A model generated the notes under the pieces. The model did not search any database. It had not been told where the DNA came from and saw only the letters and a list, made by a program, of their open reading frames with translations. Below, one piece after another: positions 1 through 9,408 of a stretch of 55,081 nt of DNA. Made by a program: the position numbers and the translations under genes. The DNA lies in the IMG/VR virus record IMGVR_UViG_3300029787_000060, positions 1 through 55,081 of that record; one strand, given 5' to 3'. The DNA comes from a virus. Lineage: Duplodnaviria; Caudoviricetes. How positions within the stretch are numbered: position 1 is the stretch's first letter; the number at the start of each line of letters is the position of its first letter.

Positions 1-231
1 GAGAAGGTTCTAGGAAAGCTTCGGACTTGGATGGATACAGCGGAGGGCGCTGACAGTATGAAGATCCGATCAGCAGAGTTGCTAGGGAAAAGTGTCGGCC
101 TATTTAAGGATGTAGTCGAGCAAAAGCAGGAGACCACTAGTGCCGACATCGAAGCCAAGCTTCAGGCCAAATTGGAATTATTATTGGCAAGCCAAGAAAC
201 CAAGGATAGCGATAATAAAGATCTGCATTAG
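1..231 (+). CDS. terS: Terminase small subunit, C-terminal part (5' truncated by window edge)
   Basis: Frame 1 is open from base 1 (EKVLGKLRTWMD...). KIRSAELLGKSVGLF resembles the conserved ALELLGK-x-x-G-x-F TerS segment. Lies upstream of TerL. Confidence 0.65.
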   Translation, partial: EKVLGKLRTWMDTAEGADSMKIRSAELLGKSVGLFKDVVEQKQETTSADIEAKLQAKLELLLASQETKDSDNKDLH

Positions 232-298
232 TATTGTTGCACCTGACACCTTTAACATAGTTGACCATTAGTTCAGCAATGACACTCCTAAGTAAAGT

Positions 299-790
299 CA
301 CATGACCCTTCCGTAATAATACACATGACACCTCTTATGTGTGCAACATGACCCCACCTAAATAATACAAGTGACCCCCGTGACATGTGTCACACTTTGA
401 TACCCCACCCCCCCTGACAGCTAAGGCGCGTGTGTGTACCCAGTACACAGTGTTACACTCAAATAATTCCCTACTTTTGACATGCCCCACCCTATTTTCT
501 AGAATGCCCAATCAAATCAATAACTTAGCGTTCTTCTGGTCAAATTTTGTACAGAAAAAGGGGTAGGAATCCTAGTACCCCAAAAAATTTTGCAAAAAAA
601 ATTGACCTTACACTTGTCAATAGGCACAATATGTTAAAATTTCTTACACTTGTGTCTTAAGGATTACCCTTACTAAGGATTACCCTTATACGTTTGCAGT
701 ACCCGTTTCTAGGTATGCCTTAGTTTTAAATTAAAGGGGATTCTTTCAAGGGAAATCCTTGCTAGTGAAATCCTTACAAGAGTAATCCTT
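299..790. repeat. Repeat-rich non-coding region between terS and terL (candidate packaging site or origin)
   Basis: Tandem TAAGGATTACCCTTA at 658-672 and 674-688. Three inverted AATCCTT copies at about 754, 769 and 784. CTTACACTTGT at 607 and 643. Palindromes GTGAC-N4-GTCAC (379-392) and ATTGAC-N9-GTCAAT (601-621). Several CATGAC/CATGCC cores and C-tracts. Confidence 0.6.
602..640 (+). promoter_or_regulatory. Candidate sigma70-type promoter(s) for the late operon
   Basis: TTGACC(602)-17 bp-CACAAT(625), plus an extended -10 TGtTAAAAT (632-640). A-tracts upstream resemble an UP element. Confidence 0.35.
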
Positions 791-807
791 GTTTTCAGAA
801 AGGCGAA

Positions 808-2325
808 TTGCGCTTGGATATTGATCAAAATTTAATCAATACATTAGATAGCGTCCCTGTTGAGGACAAGCAAGAGATACTTAGCCTTCTTGAGCAGCTT
901 GAAGAAGCGAAGAAGCTTGAGGCTGCTAGGGCTGGATATATAGATTTTGTACGCACGATGTGGCCTGCCTTCATTGACGGTGAGCATCACAAGATAATGG
1001 CTTCGGCCTTTGAGCGTATAGCTCGTGGTGAGTTAAAGCGGTTGATAGTGAACATGCCGCCCAGACACACTAAAAGCGAGTTTGCTAGTTACATGCTCCC
1101 GGCTTGGTTCTTGGGGCAGTACCCAAATAAGAAAATAATACAGACCGCCCATACAGCAGAACTATCTGTTGGATTTGGTAGGCGGGTTCGTAACCTCGTA
1201 GATAGTGAGGATTTTAAGAAAGTTTTCCCAGAGTTGACTCTTAGGCCCGACTCCAAGGCTGCTGGGAGATGGAGTACCAGTGCTGGTGGTGAGTATTTCG
1301 CTATTGGTGTTGGTGGTGCTGTAACTGGTAAAGGTGCAGATCTGCTCATTATCGATGATCCCCACTCGGAGCAAGAAGGACAGAGTGCCGACCCCACTGT
1401 GTTTGATCGAACCTATGAATGGTACACATCCGGGCCTCGTCAACGCCTACAACCGGGAGGCGCTATTGTTATCGTGATGACGCGATGGCATATGCGCGAT
1501 TTAACCGGAAAGATAACTAAGTCTGCTGCTCAAAGGGCTGGAACCGATGAGTGGGAGATTATTGAGTTCCCTGCCATCATGTATGAGGGGACTGACAAAG
1601 AGAAGTCATTGTGGCCTCAGTTCTGGTCTAAGACTGAACTGGATGCCCTCAAAGCGGAACTGCCGCCTTCTAAGTGGAATGCACAGTACCAACAGAACCC
1701 CACTGCTGAAGAAGGGGCGTTGGTTAAGAAGGAGTGGTGGAAAATCTGGGAGAGTGAAAAGCCGCCTCCTTGCGAATTTATTATCCAGTCTTGGGATACA
1801 GCTTTCCTGAAGACACAAAGAGCTGACTATTCTGCCTGTACAACGTGGGGTGTGTTCTATGCGCCAGACGATGATGGGCAGACTCAGCCTAACATTATCC
1901 TGCTTGATGCCTACAAGGAGCGTCTGGAGTTTCCAGAGCTTAAACAAAAGGCATTTGAGATGTGGCAGATGATGGAGCCTGATGCGTTTATCGTAGAGGC
2001 CAAGGCTGCGGGAACTCCTTTGATCTTTGAGTTGAGAGCGATGGGAATCCCAGTATCTGAATACACTCCCTCCAGAGGTAACGACAAGATAGCTAGGGTT
2101 AATGCCGTGGCTGATCTGTTTGCCTCTGGTATAGTCTGGTGTCCAGAGACACGCTTTGCTGAAGAGGTGGTCGATGAGTTTGCTGCTTTCCCGGTGGGTG
2201 AGCATGATGACTTGGTTGATTCATCTACTCAGGCGCTGCTTAGGTTTAGGCAGGGCGGCTTCTTGAAGTTACAGAGTGATGAAGAGGATGAGCCTTTCTA
2301 TGGGGGAAAAGCCAGTTACTATTGA
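808..2325 (+). CDS. terL: Terminase large subunit
   Basis: Walker A-like MPPRHTKS, Walker B LLIIDDP, coupling motif VMTRWH, RNase H-like nuclease motifs QSWDTA and HDDLVDS. TTG start. Confidence 0.95.
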   Translation: MRLDIDQNLINTLDSVPVEDKQEILSLLEQLEEAKKLEAARAGYIDFVRTMWPAFIDGEHHKIMASAFERIARGELKRLIVNMPPRHTKSEFASYMLPAWFLGQYPNKKIIQTAHTAELSVGFGRRVRNLVDSEDFKKVFPELTLRPDSKAAGRWSTSAGGEYFAIGVGGAVTGKGADLLIIDDPHSEQEGQSADPTVFDRTYEWYTSGPRQRLQPGGAIVIVMTRWHMRDLTGKITKSAAQRAGTDEWEIIEFPAIMYEGTDKEKSLWPQFWSKTELDALKAELPPSKWNAQYQQNPTAEEGALVKKEWWKIWESEKPPPCEFIIQSWDTAFLKTQRADYSACTTWGVFYAPDDDGQTQPNIILLDAYKERLEFPELKQKAFEMWQMMEPDAFIVEAKAAGTPLIFELRAMGIPVSEYTPSRGNDKIARVNAVADLFASGIVWCPETRFAEEVVDEFAAFPVGEHDDLVDSSTQALLRFRQGGFLKLQSDEEDEPFYGGKASYY

Positions 2326-2905
2326 TCTGGATCAAGAAGAACAAAAGATTGAGACTGAGATCAGGGAATGGTCATCCAATGTTATTGAGATGCCCAACCC
2401 TAATTTTAAGAACATTCCGACTTGTCCCTATGCTAAAGCAGCTTGGGAAAAAGATTTAGTTAAAATTGTCTTTGATCATGATAGTAGAGATGAGCAGTTA
2501 TTGAAGTATATCTCTAAGTATGATGATGAATACGATCTGATTATTGTTGTAGAAACTGACTATGACGAGGATCAAGAAGGTTTTCATAACGCTCTTGCTG
2601 AGGTTAACAGCCTTATAAGTCAAGATGTTTGGGGCGATTCAGACCTTTGGGTTATGGGTTTTCACCCCTATGATGATGAAAGCGAAGTTCTGGACGATGA
2701 AAGTTTTGAGCCTATAAGCGAGTACAGCTATGGCTTGGTCTTTATTCAAAGACTTTCTCTTCTTCAGGAAGCCTCTAATAAGCTTGAGCTTCAGGGTTAT
2801 TATGATGTTTACAGTGGTAACTCTGAAATAACAGAGATGTATGAAATCCGTAAAGACTATTACAGGAGATTTCTTGATGAGAAAAAAAGGAATGCGCGGC
2901 GGTAA
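2276..2905 (+). CDS. Acidic protein, DUF1415-like (true start probably ATG at 2288 or 2300)
   Basis: CPYAK and WVMGFHPYD motifs resemble the CPFA...FHP motifs of DUF1415. Overlaps the terL end. Confidence 0.55.
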   Translation: MMKRMSLSMGEKPVTIDLDQEEQKIETEIREWSSNVIEMPNPNFKNIPTCPYAKAAWEKDLVKIVFDHDSRDEQLLKYISKYDDEYDLIIVVETDYDEDQEGFHNALAEVNSLISQDVWGDSDLWVMGFHPYDDESEVLDDESFEPISEYSYGLVFIQRLSLLQEASNKLELQGYYDVYSGNSEITEMYEIRKDYYRRFLDEKKRNARR

Positions 2906-3155
2906 GACTGTTGCCAAAAAGATGATGGGCGGAAAGCGTGTCGCTAAGAAAATGATGGGTGGTAAACGCGCCGCTAAAAAAGTTATGGGAATGAAAGCTG
3001 GAAAGAAAGCCGCCAAGAAAATGATGGGCGGAAAGAAAGCTCCCAAGAAAGTAATGGGTATGAGATCCGGCAAGACAGTTAAGAAGATGAAGTCTGGTGG
3101 AGTGTGCCGTGGTATGGGCGCTGCAACCAAAGGCGGGAACTTCGAGGTCGTTTAA
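2877..3155 (+). CDS. Lys/Met/Gly-rich repetitive basic protein (histone H1-like, putative DNA-condensing)
   Basis: AGGAG RBS before ATG 2877. Seven imperfect repeats built on M-x-[GAS]-G-[KG] (e.g. AKKMMGGK). Stop overlaps the portal ATG (TAATG). Confidence 0.7.
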   Translation: MRKKGMRGGKTVAKKMMGGKRVAKKMMGGKRAAKKVMGMKAGKKAAKKMMGGKKAPKKVMGMRSGKTVKKMKSGGVCRGMGAATKGGNFEVV

Positions 3156-5617
3156 TGGCTATTGAAAAGTCTCTGGTCAGCAATCCGCTTGCAATAGATA
3201 GCGAAGAGTCTGTCGAGGTAAACATAGTTAACCCTGAAGCGGTCTCTATTGAGACTGAGGATGGTGGCGTTCTTTTGGATTTTAATCCAGAGGGCGGCTT
3301 TATGGGTGAATTAGATCACGGCGCTAACTTAGCGGAGTACATTGACCCTCAGACTCTGGACATGATTGGTTCAGATCTTGTGGGTGTGTATAACGCTGAC
3401 AAGGAAAGTCGATCTGAGTGGGAAGAATCCTACGTCAGGGGACTTGATTTGTTGGGTCTACGCTTTGAAGATCGTACACAACCTTGGGCTGGAGCTTGTG
3501 GTGTCTTTCACCCAATGCTTTCTGAGGCTGTAGTTCGCTTTCAAGCTCAGACAATACAAGAGATATTCCCTGCTGCTGGGCCAGCCAAGACCTCTATCGT
3601 GGGCAAACTCACTGATAGCAAGGTAAAGCAAGCCAGTAGAGTTCAAGATTACTTAAATTATTTAATGACACAGAGAATGTCTGAGTATCGGTCTGAGACT
3701 GAGAAGCTTTTATTCTCTTTGCCTATTGCAGGATCTGCTTTTAGAAAGGTTTATTTCGACCCCAACCTTAACAGACCTTGCAGTATGTTCGTTCCGGCGG
3801 AAGATTTTGTCGTTAGTTACGGCGCTTCTGACCTTAAGACCTGTGAACGTGCAACGCATGTGATGAAAAGAACTCCTAATGATATCAGGAAGTTACAAGT
3901 TTCTGGCTTCTATAGGGATATTGACTTGCCATCTCCTTCTCCAGACATTGGAGAGATACAAGAGAAGTACAATAGGCTGACTGGTGACAGTGCCAACTAC
4001 GAAATTGACCACAGGCACACCCTATTGGAGATGGTTGTTGACTATGATCTCCCCGGTTTTGAGGATATGCAGGGTGGAGAGCAGACGGGTATAGCTTTGC
4101 CCTATGTAATCACCATCGATAAGGGTTCTCGAAAGATATTATCGATCAAGCGTAACTGGAATGAAGAAGATCCGCAGAAATTAAAGGTCGAACACTTCGT
4201 TCATTACACCTATTTGCCCGGATTAGGCTTCTATGGCTTCGGATTAGTCCACATGATAGGTGGATTAAGCAAGTCAGCCACTTCATTACTGCGTCAATTG
4301 GTGGATTCAGGCACGTTAGCCAACCTTCCGGGTGGTTTGAAGTCCCGTGGCCTTAAGATTAAGGGTGATGACACCCCGATTATGCCGGGAGAGTTCCGCG
4401 ATGTGGACGTTCCGGGCGGATCTATACGCGATAACATCAGTTTTATGCCGTATAAGGAGCCGTCTAACGTCCTTTACCAGCTTTTAGGGGACATTGTGTC
4501 GGAAGGCAGGCGGTTTGCCTCTGCTGCTGACGTAAAAGCCTCTGATATGAACTCTGAAGCCCCAGTTGGCACGACATTAGCCATACTTGAGCGCGAAATG
4601 AAGGTGTTAAGCGCAGTTCAGGCGCGTGTTCACGCCGCAATGGGGGCAGAATTAAAGATATTAAGCCGATTAGTGCATGATTATGGGCCGCAACGCTACC
4701 CATATGACGATGAGCAGCAACCACTAGCGGCAGAAGACTTCGATGATCGCATAGACATCATTCCTGTCAGCGATCCGAACAGTGGCACGATGGCCCAGCG
4801 CATAATGCAGTACCAAGCTGCGCTGCAACTCTCCGCCTCAGCGCCACAAATGTACGATCTACCACTACTTCACCGTCAAATGATTGAAGTGTTGGGCATA
4901 AGGGATGCAGAGAACATTATCCCCACGGATAAAGACATTAAGCCTACAGATCCTGTCACTGAGAACATGAATGTCATCAATGGGGAACCCATTAAGGCAT
5001 TTTCTTATCAGGATCATGAGGCGCATATACAAACTCACATGTCAGCAATGGAAGATCCTAAGCTATTGAAGTTACTTTCAATGGCTCCTGACGCTAAGGT
5101 GAAGCAGGCAGCAATGATGGCGCACATCTCTGAGCATGTGGCCTTCTCCTATCGACAACAGATAGAAAAAGAACTTGGCGTAGAACTGCCGCCGCCAAAT
5201 GAACAACTACCAGAAGACATTGAAAACAGGCTGTCTAAACTCGTTGCCCCTGCCGCTGCACAACTCACCGGGAAGGACAAGAGAGAGATGGAAGCCCAGC
5301 GTATTCAGGAGCAGATGCAAGATCCAATCGTCCAGCTCCAGCAAGCTGAATTGCAACTCAAAGCGAAGCAAGCTCAAGACAAAGCCCAAACCGATATGGC
5401 TAGAATTCAAGTGGATCTCGAAAAGAGTAGAGAAAAGAACGAGCTTGAAAGAGAGAAACTTTCTCAAGAGGTCAAGGTTGAAGGCGCTAAACTTGGTGTT
5501 CGCGTAGCTGAGGACGCATCCAGAGAGGACATCGAGAAGTCTCGGATGAAATCAAAGGATATGCTTGAGGGCGTTAAAGTCGGTGTCGAAATAGCGAAGG
5601 AGCTATCTGGTGAGTGA
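3155..5617 (+). CDS. Portal protein
   Basis: About 820 aa from MAIEKSL, immediately downstream of terL. P22-like portal motifs (HPMLSEAVVRFQA, GSAFRKVYFD, GFYGFGL) and a long C-terminal coiled coil. Confidence 0.88.
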   Translation: MAIEKSLVSNPLAIDSEESVEVNIVNPEAVSIETEDGGVLLDFNPEGGFMGELDHGANLAEYIDPQTLDMIGSDLVGVYNADKESRSEWEESYVRGLDLLGLRFEDRTQPWAGACGVFHPMLSEAVVRFQAQTIQEIFPAAGPAKTSIVGKLTDSKVKQASRVQDYLNYLMTQRMSEYRSETEKLLFSLPIAGSAFRKVYFDPNLNRPCSMFVPAEDFVVSYGASDLKTCERATHVMKRTPNDIRKLQVSGFYRDIDLPSPSPDIGEIQEKYNRLTGDSANYEIDHRHTLLEMVVDYDLPGFEDMQGGEQTGIALPYVITIDKGSRKILSIKRNWNEEDPQKLKVEHFVHYTYLPGLGFYGFGLVHMIGGLSKSATSLLRQLVDSGTLANLPGGLKSRGLKIKGDDTPIMPGEFRDVDVPGGSIRDNISFMPYKEPSNVLYQLLGDIVSEGRRFASAADVKASDMNSEAPVGTTLAILEREMKVLSAVQARVHAAMGAELKILSRLVHDYGPQRYPYDDEQQPLAAEDFDDRIDIIPVSDPNSGTMAQRIMQYQAALQLSASAPQMYDLPLLHRQMIEVLGIRDAENIIPTDKDIKPTDPVTENMNVINGEPIKAFSYQDHEAHIQTHMSAMEDPKLLKLLSMAPDAKVKQAAMMAHISEHVAFSYRQQIEKELGVELPPPNEQLPEDIENRLSKLVAPAAAQLTGKDKREMEAQRIQEQMQDPIVQLQQAELQLKAKQAQDKAQTDMARIQVDLEKSREKNELEREKLSQEVKVEGAKLGVRVAEDASREDIEKSRMKSKDMLEGVKVGVEIAKELSGE

Positions 5618-5810
5618 TGTTTTTAGTAATAACGCTTTAAAGGTTCTTAAGGAAAATATTCGAGCGAAGATGAATGATGTAAGCGATCACATCAGCACGG
5701 GTAGTTGTAAGAACTATGATGAATACTCTAAGTGTTGCGGGATTATAGAAGGTCTTGCTATAGCTGAGAGAGAAATTCTTGATCTAAATCAAAGGATTGA
5801 GAACGCTTAA
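5610..5810 (+). CDS. Small hypothetical protein following the portal
   Basis: 66-aa ORF with GTG start and AGGAG RBS, overlapping the portal stop. Contains YxxxCGIIEGL. Confidence 0.7.
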   Translation: MSDVFSNNALKVLKENIRAKMNDVSDHISTGSCKNYDEYSKCCGIIEGLAIAEREILDLNQRIENA

Positions 5811-5814
5811 TTCT

Positions 5815-5866
5815 CCGCATATCGCGGTGCAAAGTGACTCTGGACACTAATATCCAGTGCTGAGGA
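5815..5866 (+). promoter_or_regulatory. Structured leader upstream of groES (hairpin plus possible H-type pseudoknot)
   Basis: CCGC/GCGG hairpin 5815-5827. AGTG(5833)/CACT(5845) interleaves with CTGGA(5840)/TCCAG(5853) just before the GAGGA RBS. Confidence 0.35.
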
Positions 5867-5872
5867 AATAAA

Positions 5873-6286
5873 ATGAGTGAAGCTGCTAGTGTAGAAGTTG
5901 GATCGGTTACAGCAACGGCTGAGACAAATGACGAGAAAGATGTCGAGTCAAAGCCTACGCAGTTGCCTGAGCCTGCTGGATATAAAATATTAATAGCACT
6001 GCCAGAGGTTGATGAAAAAACCGAGGGTGGAATCATTAAAGCGCAAGCAACGAAACAGCTTGAAGAAGTTGGATCGATTGTTGGTTTTGTTATGAAGCTT
6101 GGCCCAGACGCTTATCAGGATAAGGAAAAGTTTCCTAATGGCCCCTATTGCAAAGAGGGCGATTTTATTCTGATGAGATCGTATTCTGGAACTAGGTTCA
6201 ATATACATGACCGAGAGTTCAGGCTTATTAATGATGACAGCGTAGAAGCTATTGTTGACGATCCAAGAGGCATTAGAAAGATATGA
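5873..6286 (+). CDS. groES: Co-chaperonin GroES (cpn10)
   Basis: PAGYKILI..., EKTEGGII mobile loop, GxVxxLGP, GDFIL..YSGT, RLINDDSVEAIV. Confidence 0.9.
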   Translation: MSEAASVEVGSVTATAETNDEKDVESKPTQLPEPAGYKILIALPEVDEKTEGGIIKAQATKQLEEVGSIVGFVMKLGPDAYQDKEKFPNGPYCKEGDFILMRSYSGTRFNIHDREFRLINDDSVEAIVDDPRGIRKI

Positions 6287-7290
6287 GTGATTCAGATCAA
6301 GTAGAAGAAACTAGCAGTGAAGATAAGTTTTTCGGCGTGAAGACCCAGATCGGCAAGAAGGCAGAGCCAGCTCCTGAAGAATCAGCGAGTGATGTTGAAG
6401 TCAGGGTCGTTGATGACACACCGCCAGAAGACAGAAACAGACCCACGTTTGGAGATGACACTCCGGCAGATGATGGGATTACTGAGGAAGAGCTAAAAGG
6501 CTATAAAGGCTCTACTCAAAAAAGAATAGGCAAACTTGTTGCCATCAATAATGATGACAGAAGAAAGCGAGAAGACGCTGAGAAAATGCGCGATGAAGCT
6601 GTTCGCGTAGCTCAAGAGCTTGTTGAAAAGAACAAGAGCTATGAGGCGATGATTAATCGTGGCGAGACCGCTCTTATTGATTCTGTTAAGCAGAAAGCAA
6701 AGCTTGATTATGAAAATGCCAAGCAAGGCTATAAAACTGCTTACGAAGAAGGCGACACGGACAAGATACTTGCTACTCAAGAAACTTTAAATCTTGCTCA
6801 GTATGAGTTAAAAGAGATTGAAAGAAAGGAGCAGGGCAGGCAATTTGCTCAAAAGACTAGAGAGGCTCAAGCTAGACAGGCTGCTCAAGTTCAAGCACAG
6901 CCTCAACCTCAACCTCTTTCTCAGAAGCAGGTTAGCTGGAAAGAAAACAATCCTTGGTTTCTAGATCCTAATCACAAGGATATGACGGCTTTAGCTTATG
7001 GTATGCACGAAAAGCTAATAAAGGATGAGAAGTTAGACCCCGCAGGGGATGAATATTACAATAGGATTGACGCTACAATGCGTCAGAAGTTTCCTGAATA
7101 CTTTGGTGAAGATGCAAGCTCTGGGAGCTTAGTTCCGTCTACACCTAGTAGGGCAAACGTGGTGGCTCCGGCCAGTAGGAATAATGGCGCAAAACCACGC
7201 ACAGTAGAACTGACTCCCAGCCAAGTCTCTCTCGCAAAGCGACTTGGACTCACTAACGAGCAATACGCCAGACAACTCATGAAGGGGTAA
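6283..7290 (+). CDS. Putative capsid scaffolding protein
   Basis: Acidic N-terminus, long coiled coil, C-terminal LTPSQVSLAKRLGLTNEQYA. Lies between portal and capsid genes. Confidence 0.65.
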   Translation: MSDSDQVEETSSEDKFFGVKTQIGKKAEPAPEESASDVEVRVVDDTPPEDRNRPTFGDDTPADDGITEEELKGYKGSTQKRIGKLVAINNDDRRKREDAEKMRDEAVRVAQELVEKNKSYEAMINRGETALIDSVKQKAKLDYENAKQGYKTAYEEGDTDKILATQETLNLAQYELKEIERKEQGRQFAQKTREAQARQAAQVQAQPQPQPLSQKQVSWKENNPWFLDPNHKDMTALAYGMHEKLIKDEKLDPAGDEYYNRIDATMRQKFPEYFGEDASSGSLVPSTPSRANVVAPASRNNGAKPRTVELTPSQVSLAKRLGLTNEQYARQLMKG

Positions 7291-7293
7291 TCA

Positions 7294-7746
7294 ATGGCTA
7301 ATCAGCGCACACCACGCTCTAATGAGAGCAGAGAAACCGAAACTAGAACTTCTGATAGCTGGACTCCGGCATCAGTGTTACCTGTTCCTGCACCTAAAGA
7401 CGGCTGGGCTTTTCGATGGATAAGAACCAGCGTTCTGGGACAACCCGATAACACTAATGTTTCTCAGAAAATGAGAGAAGGCTGGGTTCCTGTTAAGGCA
7501 GATGATCATCCAGAGATGCAAGTCATGTCTGATTTAAACTCGCGTTTTGTTGGCAACATCGAAGTTGGTGGACTTTTGCTTTGCAAAGCTCCTCAAGAAG
7601 AGATGGACAAAAGACAAGAGTATTATCAGAAAATGGCTGCTCAACAGATGGAGTCTGTGGACAATAGTTTCATGAGAGAAAACGATCCCCGTATGCCTCT
7701 ATTGCAACCTGATAGGACTACGAGGACTTCATTTGGTAAAGGCTGA
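7294..7746 (+). CDS. Head-module hypothetical protein
   Basis: 150-aa ORF with RBS. Motifs FRWIR, EGWVPV and GGLLLCK. Typical position between scaffold and capsid. Confidence 0.7.
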   Translation: MANQRTPRSNESRETETRTSDSWTPASVLPVPAPKDGWAFRWIRTSVLGQPDNTNVSQKMREGWVPVKADDHPEMQVMSDLNSRFVGNIEVGGLLLCKAPQEEMDKRQEYYQKMAAQQMESVDNSFMRENDPRMPLLQPDRTTRTSFGKG

Positions 7747-7783
7747 AACCATTAGGTTCGGCCTAACATTGAGGTAATTCATT

Positions 7784-8371
7784 ATGGCTGCAACCGCAAC
7801 CCCTATGGGAGCGGAACCAGTTGGCACTTTGTCTGCCAGTGGTTCCTTCTCCGGCAAGGTTCGTCATATTAAAATTGCTAGTGGCTATGCTGCTAACATT
7901 TTTTATGGTGACTTTGTAAAAATGGTAGCTGCTGGTGTCATTCAAAAAGACACTGGTACAACTACTTTGACTCCTGTTGGTGTGTTTATGGGCTGTGCTT
8001 TCACAGATCCTACCACTAAACAGATGACGTTCTCACAGATCTGGCCTACAGGAACAGTAGCTTCTGATGCTGTTGCTTATGTCCTTGACGATCCTGATGC
8101 TGTTTTTAAGATGCAGAGCGATGAAGCTTTAGTTCAATCTGATCTTGGTAACAATATTGGTGTTGTCCAGACTGCTGGATCAACCGATATAGGCCGAAGC
8201 AAAGTTGCTTTGGATGGTTCAACTGCCGCAACAACAGCTACTCTTCCTTTGCGAATAGTAGAATTTGTTGACGGCCCAGACAGTGCAGTCGGTGATGCGT
8301 TTACTGATGCCTTAGTTTTTATTAACTTTGGTGATCATCAGTATCGTCAGCATACTGGCACAGGCACATAA
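7784..8371 (+). CDS. Putative capsid decoration/cement protein
   Basis: 195-aa Ala/Thr/Gly-rich beta-type protein (IFYGDFV, GVFMGC, YVLDDPD) directly upstream of the major capsid gene. GAGG RBS. Confidence 0.6.
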   Translation: MAATATPMGAEPVGTLSASGSFSGKVRHIKIASGYAANIFYGDFVKMVAAGVIQKDTGTTTLTPVGVFMGCAFTDPTTKQMTFSQIWPTGTVASDAVAYVLDDPDAVFKMQSDEALVQSDLGNNIGVVQTAGSTDIGRSKVALDGSTAATTATLPLRIVEFVDGPDSAVGDAFTDALVFINFGDHQYRQHTGTGT

Positions 8372-8384
8372 GGAGGCTTAGAGA

Positions 8385-9323
8385 ATGGCTATTTCAAGAG
8401 CGCAAATGCTCAAAGAGCTACTTCCGGGCCTTAATGCCCTGTTTGGCTTAGAGTATGAAAAGTACGAAGACGAACACACAATGATCTACGAAAGTGAATC
8501 ATCTGAGCGTTCGTTTGAAGAGGAAGTCAAGCTGAGTGGTTTTGGCGCGGCTCCTGTGAAAGCTGAAGGTAGCGCGATATCTTACGATTCCGCACAAGAA
8601 TCTTTCACTGCCCGTTATAACCACGAAACCGTTGCGATGGGTTTCAGCATTACAGAAGAAGCTATGGAGGATAACCTCTATGACTCTCTGTCTGCTCGTT
8701 ACACCAAAGCTTTGGCAAGAGGTATGGCTTACACCAAGCAGGTTAAATCTGCTTTCCCACTTAACAATGGTTTCACCAATGCCTTCCAAGGCGGTGACGG
8801 CGTAAACTTGTTTACTGCTGTTGGTGATGGTGTTGCTGGTGGTGATGGTCACCCTCTTGTTAACGGTGGTACTAACAGCAACCGTCCGGTAACTGCTGCT
8901 GATTTGAACGAAGTCTCATTGGAAGACGCTGTGATTAACATTGCTGCGTATACTGATGAGCGAGGTCTTCTTATCGCTGCTCGTCCCCGGCGTTTGATTG
9001 TTCCGCCTGCATTGATGTTTGTTGCTACTCGTCTACTGGAAACAGAAGGTCGAGTCGGTACAGCCGATAACGACATCAACGCGCTTCGTAACAACGGTTC
9101 TATCCCAGAAGGTTATAGCGTCAATCATTATTTGACTGACAGCAATGCTTTCTTCTTGATTACCGATGTTCCGAACGGCATGAAGCATTTCGAGCGTACT
9201 CCGCTTGAGACTTCAATGGATGGAGACTTCGATACTGGTAATGTGCGCTACAAGGCGCGTGAGCGTTACTCGTTTGGAGTATCTGATCCGCTGGGAATTT
9301 ACGGTTCCCCCGGTACTTCGTAA
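8385..9323 (+). CDS. Major capsid protein (Mu gpT-like, HK97 fold)
   Basis: MAISRAQMLKELLPGLNALFG, GFSITEEAMEDNLY, LIVPPAL, YKARERYSFG. Strong AGGAGG RBS and a terminator downstream. Confidence 0.9.
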   Translation: MAISRAQMLKELLPGLNALFGLEYEKYEDEHTMIYESESSERSFEEEVKLSGFGAAPVKAEGSAISYDSAQESFTARYNHETVAMGFSITEEAMEDNLYDSLSARYTKALARGMAYTKQVKSAFPLNNGFTNAFQGGDGVNLFTAVGDGVAGGDGHPLVNGGTNSNRPVTAADLNEVSLEDAVINIAAYTDERGLLIAARPRRLIVPPALMFVATRLLETEGRVGTADNDINALRNNGSIPEGYSVNHYLTDSNAFFLITDVPNGMKHFERTPLETSMDGDFDTGNVRYKARERYSFGVSDPLGIYGSPGTS

Positions 9324-9338
9324 GAGGTACAGATGTGT

Positions 9339-9370
9339 CAGAGGGGGGCTTTTGCCCCTCTCTGTTTTTT
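9339..9370 (+). terminator. Rho-independent terminator after the capsid gene
   Basis: 11-bp stem CAGAGGGGGGC/GCCCCTCTCTG, TTTT loop, followed by T6. Confidence 0.85.
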
Positions 9371-9372
9371 AC

Positions 9373-9408
9373 CCTGACTGCGAAAGCAGACACTAGCCCC
9401 GACAGGAG
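9373..9408 (+). ncRNA. Small structured RNA element downstream of the gpT-like capsid gene
   Basis: CCTG(9373)/CAGG(9403) stem encloses a CTGC-GAAA-GCAG GNRA hairpin. The 3' arm overlaps the AGGAG RBS of the next gene. Confidence 0.4.

Noticed and set aside
137-331. 64-aa minus-strand ORF
   Set aside because: Overlaps terS antisense and the repeat region, with no recognisable features.
658-790. Short repeats as a mini CRISPR array
   Set aside because: Units are 7-16 bp, partly inverted, with no unique spacers of CRISPR length.
7741-7763. Hairpin GGCTGAAACC-ATTA-GGTTCGGCC as a terminator
   Set aside because: No U-tract and it lies mid-operon. At most a minor stability element.
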